Source: an uncultured Clostridia bacterium
GTDB lineage: Bacteria > Bacillota > Clostridia > Christensenellales > UBA1242
Direction: 5' to 3'
NCBI GenBank assembly: GCA_947584415.1
Contig: CANPWN010000004.1
Location: 22,110 to 86,109 of the forward strand
DNA: 64,000 nt
Below are positions 58,144 to 64,000 of the stretch, in pieces. Each line of letters opens with the position of its first letter. The stretch's first letter is position 1. The position numbers and the translations under genes were made by a program. The notes under the pieces are model-generated. The model saw only the letters and a program-made list of their open reading frames with translations, was not told the origin of the DNA and made no database searches.

Positions 58144-60519
58144 ATGAACAAAATTATTAAGCGTGACGGCAGAATTGTGGACTATGACATCACAAAAATT
58201 GAAAATGCCATTGTCAAAGCCATGATGTCTCTTGGCGAAGGGGATGTTAGAGATGCAAGAAAACTTGCAAAGATAACAGAACTTGAACTTGAGGAGAAGT
58301 TTGACAAAAAACTTCCTTCAGTTGAGGATATTCAGGACATTGTTGAAAAAGTTTTGATGAGAAACGGATTTGAAAATGTCGCAAAGTGCTATATCCTTTA
58401 CAGAAAGAGCCATGAAAAACTCAGACGCGCTTCTGACACACTGCTTGACTATAAGACCACCATTGACAAATATTTGAAACTTTCTGACTGGAGAGTTAAG
58501 GAAAACTCAACTGTAACTTACTCAGTTGGTGGACTTATCCTTTCAAACTCTGGCGCACTGACTGCAAATTACTGGCTCAGTGAAGTGTATGATAAGGAAA
58601 TTGGTGATGCGCACAAGAATTGCGACATCCATCTTCATGACCTTTCCATGTTGACAGGTTATTGTGCTGGCTGGTCACTTAAACAACTTATTGTTGAGGG
58701 ACTTGGTGGTGTTCCAGGAAAGATAACTTCTTCTCCGGCGTCACACCTTTCAACTCTTTGCAACCAGATGGTTAACTTCCTTGGAATTATGCAAAATGAG
58801 TGGGCGGGCGCTCAAGCATTTTCATCTTTTGACACATATCTTGCACCATTTGTTAAAAAGGATAACCTTTCTTACAAAGAAGTGAAACAATGTATTCAGT
58901 CCTTTGTTTATGGTGTTAATACTCCATCTCGTTGGGGAACTCAAGCACCTTTCACAAACATCACTTTGGACTGGGTTGTTCCACCAGACCTCGCAGAACT
59001 TCCTGCCATTGTTGGAGGAAAGGAGCAGGACTTTAAATATAAGGACTGCAAGAAGGAAATGGATATGGTCAACAAAGCCTTCATTGAAATTATGATTGAG
59101 GGTGATGCCAATGGCAGAGGTTTCCAATATCCAATTCCAACATATTCAATCACTCGTGACTTTGACTGGTCAGAGACAGAAAACAACAAACTTTTGTTTG
59201 AAATGACAACAAAATATGGCACACCATACTTCTCAAATTACATCAACTCTGACATGGAACCAAGTGATGTGAGAAGCATGTGCTGTAGACTTAGACTTGA
59301 CCTTAGGGAACTTCGCAAAAAGTCAGGTGGTTTCTTTGGAAGTGGCGAAAGCACAGGTTCAATTGGTGTTGTGACAATCAATATGCCAAGAATTGCTTAT
59401 CTATCAGCAACTGAGGATGAATTCTTTGAGCGTTTGGATAAGATTATGGACATCTCCGCAAGGTCACTTAAAATTAAGCGTGACACAATCACAAAACTCT
59501 TGGAGGCTGGACTTTATCCTTACACAAAACGTTATCTCGGCACATTCAATAATCACTTCTCGACAATCGGACTTGTTGGCATGAACGAGGCCTGCCTCAA
59601 CGCAAAATGGATAAGGGCAGACATGACAAAGCCTGAGGCACAGATGTTCACAAAGAAAGTGCTCAATCACATGAGAGAGCGCTTGTCAGACTATCAGGAA
59701 AAATATGGCGACCTTTACAACTTGGAGGCAACTCCTGCTGAAAGCACAGCGTTCAGACTTGCAAAGCATGACAAGGAAAGATATCCTGACATTATCACTG
59801 CAAATGATGGCAAGACTCCATATTACACCAACAGTTCACACCTTCCTGTTGGATTTACTTCTGACATTTTTGAGGCGCTTGATATTCAGGATGAACTTCA
59901 AACGCTTTACACTTCCGGAACAGTTTTCCACGCTTTCCTCGGACAGAAACTCGACGACTGGAAAACAACCGCTCAACTTGTTCGCAAGATTGCGGAAAAT
60001 TACAAACTGCCTTATTACACAATGAGCCCAACTTATTCCGTTTGCCGAAACCATGGCTATATCACCGGCGAAGTGTATGAGTGCCCAACTTGCGGCGAAA
60101 AGACTGAGGTTTATAGCAGAATTACTGGTTACTACCGTCCTGTTCAAAACTGGAACGACGGCAAGTTGCAAGAGTTCGCCGACAGAAAGACATATGACAT
60201 TGCAAATTCAACTTTGAAGGCTAAGGCTTGCGGCTGTGGGGACAGGTTCTATGTTGAGGACAATCAGGCTGCCGACACTGACGAAATTGTGTTGTTTGCC
60301 ACAAAGACTTGTCCAAACTGCAAAATGGCAAAAAGGCTTTTGGACGCAGCAGGCGTAAAATACAAAGTCATTGATGCAGAGGAGAACCCAGAACTTACAA
60401 AGAGGTTTAATGTAAAGAAAGCACCAACCTTGTTTGTTCCAGAAAAAGGCTCTTACATAAGATATGAAAACGCAAGCGAAATAAATAGATTTGTAGAAGG
60501 ATTAAAGAAACGCGCATGA
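58144..60519 (+). CDS. nrdD: Anaerobic ribonucleoside-triphosphate reductase (class III) with N-terminal ATP-cone and fused C-terminal redoxin (CPNC) domain
   Basis: ATP-cone (IIKRDGRIVDYD), thiyl loop SMCCRLRL, Zn ribbon CPTCG, and glycyl-radical motif RITGYY. An extra domain of about 79 aa (60283-60516) reads IVLFATKTCPNCKMAKRLL..APTLFV. Confidence 0.92.
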   Translation: MNKIIKRDGRIVDYDITKIENAIVKAMMSLGEGDVRDARKLAKITELELEEKFDKKLPSVEDIQDIVEKVLMRNGFENVAKCYILYRKSHEKLRRASDTLLDYKTTIDKYLKLSDWRVKENSTVTYSVGGLILSNSGALTANYWLSEVYDKEIGDAHKNCDIHLHDLSMLTGYCAGWSLKQLIVEGLGGVPGKITSSPASHLSTLCNQMVNFLGIMQNEWAGAQAFSSFDTYLAPFVKKDNLSYKEVKQCIQSFVYGVNTPSRWGTQAPFTNITLDWVVPPDLAELPAIVGGKEQDFKYKDCKKEMDMVNKAFIEIMIEGDANGRGFQYPIPTYSITRDFDWSETENNKLLFEMTTKYGTPYFSNYINSDMEPSDVRSMCCRLRLDLRELRKKSGGFFGSGESTGSIGVVTINMPRIAYLSATEDEFFERLDKIMDISARSLKIKRDTITKLLEAGLYPYTKRYLGTFNNHFSTIGLVGMNEACLNAKWIRADMTKPEAQMFTKKVLNHMRERLSDYQEKYGDLYNLEATPAESTAFRLAKHDKERYPDIITANDGKTPYYTNSSHLPVGFTSDIFEALDIQDELQTLYTSGTVFHAFLGQKLDDWKTTAQLVRKIAENYKLPYYTMSPTYSVCRNHGYITGEVYECPTCGEKTEVYSRITGYYRPVQNWNDGKLQEFADRKTYDIANSTLKAKACGCGDRFYVEDNQAADTDEIVLFATKTCPNCKMAKRLLDAAGVKYKVIDAEENPELTKRFNVKKAPTLFVPEKGSYIRYENASEINRFVEGLKKRA

Positions 60520-61421
60520 TTGATGTTTTAATTATTGGAGCAGGTGCAGCGGGGATGACCGCTGCACTTTACTCTTTGAGAAATGGCAGAAGTGTGACAA
60601 TTTTGGAGCAGGACGCCATAGGCGGGCAAATTGCACAGTCGCCGAGGGTTGAAAATTTCCCAACCATAATGCAGATTTCTGGCAGCGAACTTGCCGACAA
60701 GATGTTTGACCAAATCACCGAGCATGGTGCAGATTTTAAGTTTGGAAAAGTGACAAGCCTGGCAAAGTCGGGCGACTATTTTGAGGTTAAAACCGAGTTT
60801 GACACTTTGCAGGCAAAGTCCGTCATCATTGCAACGGGTGTTGAACACAGAAAACTTCATCTTGAAAACGAAGAAAAGTTGATTGGGCATGGCATAAGTT
60901 ATTGTGCACTCTGTGACGGCGCGTTTTATGCCGGCGAGGATGTTGTGCTTGTCGGTGACGCAAACACGGCGTTGCAATATGCGCTGCTGCTATCATCCCA
61001 GTGCAAGAGCGTGCATATTGTCACCCTTTTTGACAAATTCTTTGGAGATGATGTGCTTGTCAAAGCGCTCGGCACGAGGGACAACATCTCGGTCACACAC
61101 AACGCAAAACTTGTTGAATTAAAAGGTGATGGCGAACTTGAAGGTCTTGTTTTTGAAAGGCCGGATAAGACGAAACTTGAACTTAAAACAAAGGCGCTTT
61201 TTGTCGCCATTGGGCAAGTGCCAAACAATAAGATGTTTGAAGGCTTGGTCGAACTTGACAAAGCGGGATATATTGTCGCAGATGACAACATGAAAACAAA
61301 AACGCCGGGACTTTTTGTGGCAGGAGATTGCAGACACAAAACGGTCCGACAGCTGACAACCGCTTGCTCAGATGGTGCCATAGCCGCAACCAGCGCTTGC
61401 AATTATTTGAACACAAAATAA
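60516..61421 (+). CDS. Thioredoxin-reductase-like flavoprotein lacking the canonical NADPH-binding signatures
   Basis: FAD motif IIGAGAAGMTAA and redox CALC. The second dinucleotide motif is degenerate (VGDANTA instead of GGGNSA/GGGNTA). No HRR motif is present (TLFDKFF instead). ATGA overlap with nrdD. Confidence 0.8.
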   Translation: MIDVLIIGAGAAGMTAALYSLRNGRSVTILEQDAIGGQIAQSPRVENFPTIMQISGSELADKMFDQITEHGADFKFGKVTSLAKSGDYFEVKTEFDTLQAKSVIIATGVEHRKLHLENEEKLIGHGISYCALCDGAFYAGEDVVLVGDANTALQYALLLSSQCKSVHIVTLFDKFFGDDVLVKALGTRDNISVTHNAKLVELKGDGELEGLVFERPDKTKLELKTKALFVAIGQVPNNKMFEGLVELDKAGYIVADDNMKTKTPGLFVAGDCRHKTVRQLTTACSDGAIAATSACNYLNTK

Positions 61422-61449
61422 AATCACTTTGCTAAGCAAAGTGATTTTT

Positions 61450-62136
61450 TTAATATCCCCGAAGTTCGACTCTTTTGATTGTCTTTTCAAGAATTTTTTT
61501 AAAGGTCTCGGCGTCCTCTTTTTTTATCTCTTTAAGGCCCTGTTGGATGCAAGAGCCGTTGTCTTTGAAGTGCTGAAGGAAAAGTTTGTTTGCACCTGCC
61601 AGCCACTCGGACATCTCTTTGATTGAATTAGTGGTGTGATGACCGCTGACGAGGGTGGTGCGAAATTCATAGCCGACCTTTCCACTTTTCAAAAACTCAA
61701 CACTCTTTTCAATCTCACTCATGTCGACTTTTGCACCCGCGGTTTGTTCATACATGCTCTTCGAGTTTTTAATGTCCATTGCAACATAGTCAACGAGTTT
61801 TTCTTCGACAAGTTCTTTTAAAAGATTGAAATTTGTGCCGTTTGTGTCAAGCTTAACCAAAAAACCACGGGATTTAATCTTTTTAATAAATTCCTTCAAG
61901 TCTTTTTGAAGACATGGTTCGCCGCCCGACACACAGACGCTGTCGAGCAGGGTTTTTCTTTTCTCGAGATAATTGAAAAACTCTTCCTCTGAAATTTGAC
62001 TAAGATTTTTTATCTCCACAAGGTCGGAATTCTGACAAAATGGGCAACGGAAATTGCAGCCGCCTGTAAAAATCGTGGCGCACAAATGCCCGTCAAAATC
62101 AACCATGGAAACTTTTTCAAGACCGTAAATTTTCAT
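61450..62136 (-). CDS. nrdG: Anaerobic RNR activating protein (radical SAM)
   Basis: CNFRCPFCQN cluster motif and GGEP. 228 aa. Confidence 0.9.
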   Translation of the reverse strand: MKIYGLEKVSMVDFDGHLCATIFTGGCNFRCPFCQNSDLVEIKNLSQISEEEFFNYLEKRKTLLDSVCVSGGEPCLQKDLKEFIKKIKSRGFLVKLDTNGTNFNLLKELVEEKLVDYVAMDIKNSKSMYEQTAGAKVDMSEIEKSVEFLKSGKVGYEFRTTLVSGHHTTNSIKEMSEWLAGANKLFLQHFKDNGSCIQQGLKEIKKEDAETFKKILEKTIKRVELRGY

Positions 62137-62145
62137 TTTTTCTTC

Positions 62146-62574
62146 CTATGATTTTACAAGATTATAGTAGTAATAAGTCACCATCACTCCGTCTTTGATA
62201 TACATCTTTATCAGCCCGTCTTCATACAGCGCCGCATACACAAATTTTTCGTCTGACATCCTGTATATTGGCATTTCGTTGCCGCTTAGGTAGTAATAAT
62301 ATTGCCCCTCAATTGGCTCAATGCCATGGCCAGGGCTGGAACTTTCAAGAATATTTTTATCCTTAATTGTTAAATAAAATTCGCCATTATCAAACCGCTC
62401 AAGTTCTTCCTCGCTTTCACCGGCAAATTGCGTTATTTTTGTAAGGTTGTATCGCCCAAGCGGAACTTGTGGCATTGGTGTTTTGTAGGCCGTCACAATC
62501 ACAATGACAAAAAGGATGATAAATGCCAAGATTATCACTGATGCCCAAATCAAAACTTTTTTCCATGTTGCCAT
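62146..62574 (-). CDS. Membrane-anchored hypothetical protein
   Basis: N-terminal TM (VLIWASVIILAFIILFVIVIV). No family was recognised. Confidence 0.5.
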   Translation of the reverse strand: MATWKKVLIWASVIILAFIILFVIVIVTAYKTPMPQVPLGRYNLTKITQFAGESEEELERFDNGEFYLTIKDKNILESSSPGHGIEPIEGQYYYYLSGNEMPIYRMSDEKFVYAALYEDGLIKMYIKDGVMVTYYYYNLVKS

Positions 62575-62582
62575 ATTTACCT

Positions 62583-63080
62583 CTATTTTTTTGTTGAGCC
62601 GAAACCACCATCTCTGCGCTGAGAGGAGATGTTCTTCAATTCCGTGTAAGAAATTTCTTTAACTTTAAGTTTAGGCAATTTGTGAACAACACCCTGCGCA
62701 ATTGCTTTTGCATAGGAGAAATACACAAAAGCCCCTTTTTCAAGTTTTTCAATTTCCTCATACGGAAGTTTTGAAATATAGGCAGGAGAGGAGTTTGAGT
62801 TGAACAGTGCCACCAGAACTTCGCCACGGTAACCGCTGTCCACAACGCCGCCACTTTTTTTAAGGCCTTTGATTGCGTTCGAAGAGCGCTCCTCAACTTG
62901 CATATAAAATTTCTTATTCAATGCGCATGCAATTCCTGTGCCAACAGTTTTCGTTTCAAACGGCTCAAAACGGATGAAATCTTCTTCAAAGCAAGCATAA
63001 AGGTCATATCCAGCATCCTCATCTCTTTTTGATGGAATTTTTGCACCAGGCTTTGTCTTTGCGAAATAAATCTTTGCCAT
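62583..63080 (-). CDS. dut: dUTP diphosphatase
   Basis: AGGAGGAG precedes ATG 63080. AGYDLY, GVVDSGYRGEV, and the C-terminal RRDGGFGST motif. Confidence 0.85.
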   Translation of the reverse strand: MAKIYFAKTKPGAKIPSKRDEDAGYDLYACFEEDFIRFEPFETKTVGTGIACALNKKFYMQVEERSSNAIKGLKKSGGVVDSGYRGEVLVALFNSNSSPAYISKLPYEEIEKLEKGAFVYFSYAKAIAQGVVHKLPKLKVKEISYTELKNISSQRRDGGFGSTKK

Positions 63081-63227
63081 TTTTCTCCTCCTATCACTTA
63101 AATTATACACTAACTCCGCAAATTTTCAAATTGATATGCGAAAAATTTAGGGCGAACAGCACTTTGTTTTTATTGACAAACAAAGTTTATTGTGTTAGAA
63201 TTATGACGCTTGAAAAAGCACGAATAA

Positions 63228-63318
63228 GGGGAGATACTCAAGAGGTCGAAGAGGCGGCCCTGCTAAGGCTGTAGGACGGGCAACCGTCGCGAGGGTTCGA
63301 ATCCCTCTCTTCCCGCCA
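63228..63318 (+). tRNA. tRNA-Ser (GCT)
   Basis: Acceptor GGGGAGA/TCTTCCC, anticodon loop CT-GCT-AA, long variable arm, and CCA encoded. Promoter TTGACA..TAGAAT lies upstream. Confidence 0.9.
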
Positions 63319-63382
63319 CCTAAAACCTAAATCGAACCCTCAAAAGTTTGGTTTAGGTTTGTTTTTATAAAAGGAGAAAAAG

Positions 63383-63598
63383 ATGGAAAATAATAATGAT
63401 ATTATAAAAGAAGCTTTATTAGCATACGCTAAAAAACACGATGAATGTAGCGGAAAAATACTAGAATTTGCTGACCACGTTGATAAGGCTAGAAATATAA
63501 TAATGGATTTGCCTAAGAACGTGCAAGAAGATATAAAAAATATTTTTGCACCAATCTTTTTTGCTAATGGAATTTGTCTTTTTAATAATCGTGGCTAA
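63383..63598 (+). CDS. Hypothetical small protein (71 aa)
   Basis: AAGGAG lies upstream. The region is noticeably AT-richer than its flanks by eye. Confidence 0.4.
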   Translation: MENNNDIIKEALLAYAKKHDECSGKILEFADHVDKARNIIMDLPKNVQEDIKNIFAPIFFANGICLFNNRG

Positions 63599-63607
63599 CT
63601 TTATGCC

Positions 63608-63738
63608 GTGAAAGGTGCTTGACAAGAGGTGGAATGGTAACATAATCTCAAAAAGGCAAAGAAACAAAAGCATAATGCTTGTTTCTTTGTCTTAATTGCA
63701 GAGAGAACTCCATTCCGGAGTCCTCTTGTCAAGTTCAC
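63608..63738. repeat. About 130-bp imperfect inverted repeat enclosing a strong hairpin
   Basis: The outer arms are GTGAA..CTTGACAAGAGG.GGAATGG (63608-63637) and CCATTCC..CCTCTTGTCAAGTTCAC (63710-63738). The inner hairpin spans 63656-63690. Confidence 0.7.
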
Positions 63739-63758
63739 CATGGAATAAATTAGCCACA

Positions 63759-64000
63759 TTAGACAAAATAGTCAATTTGTATATCTACCATTCTTGGGGT
63801 ATTTACATTTTGGATTATCCTTGGCATTTGTTTTAGTCTTGTAAACAAAAATAAGCCCTGATCGTTGTCAGGACTTGTTTTTATTGGATTGTTGAATGTG
63901 ATTTCGACCTTATCATCAAAAACTTTAATATTTTTAATTACATAGTCAATCAAAAGCTTAGGTTCAAGTTTTAATGCTTCGATGTAATATTGTTGAATCT
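63759..64000 (-). CDS. 3' end of a larger gene running off the window (unknown; C-terminus faintly recombinase-like)
   Basis: The reading frame stays open from 63953 to the window edge (..IQQYYIEALKLEPKL-IDYVIKNIKVFDDKVEITF..). The TTG in the ORF track is probably internal. Confidence 0.45.
   Translation of the reverse strand, partial: IQQYYIEALKLEPKLLIDYVIKNIKVFDDKVEITFNNPIKTSPDNDQGLFLFTRLKQMPRIIQNVNTPRMVDIQIDYFV

Noticed and set aside
60528-61402. Two long antisense ORFs (149 and 158 aa) opposite the TrxR-like gene.
   Set aside because: The plus-strand gene has clear FAD and CxxC motifs. The antisense frames lack motifs and start signals.

Overview
This is an AT-rich Firmicutes/Clostridia-type chromosomal segment from a spore-former lineage. 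It starts inside the dnaA-dnaN spacer and runs through the origin-proximal housekeeping block, all on the + strand: dnaN, rpmH-rnpA-yidD-yidC-jag, mnmE-mnmG-rsmG, and parA-parB with two parS sites. A mixed core/accessory region follows. It holds rubrerythrin, an orphan Ku, a Ser T-box-controlled but internally shortened serS, and tRNA-Asn with tandem 3'-fragment repeats. It also holds yabP-yabQ-divIC-like, a 3763-aa lipoprotein-anchored giant surface protein, typA, the dnaB helicase, spo0A, cwlD, gmk, spoIIE and tilS. Near the right end are a small XRE/Spo0A-C-like module, four tRNAs in total, and an nrdD cluster with NrdR boxes. No CRISPR array, rRNA or complete mobile element was seen. The right edge after tRNA-Ser(GCT) may be the start of an integrated element. 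The most noteworthy observations are listed here. (1) NrdD is fused to a C-terminal CPNC redoxin domain, translationally coupled to a TrxR-like flavoprotein lacking the NADPH signatures, with nrdG and dut nearby. (2) An unclassified riboswitch-like terminator/antiterminator leader precedes a two-gene operon of unknown function. (3) A perfect 35-bp tandem duplication frameshifts a gene next to mnmE. (4) Tandem units ending in tRNA-Asn 3' fragments sit beside an unclassified promoter-driven structured RNA. (5) The SerRS lacks about 58 residues around motif 1 although its T-box is intact. All calls rest on reading the sequence and on remembered family signatures; no database search was run.
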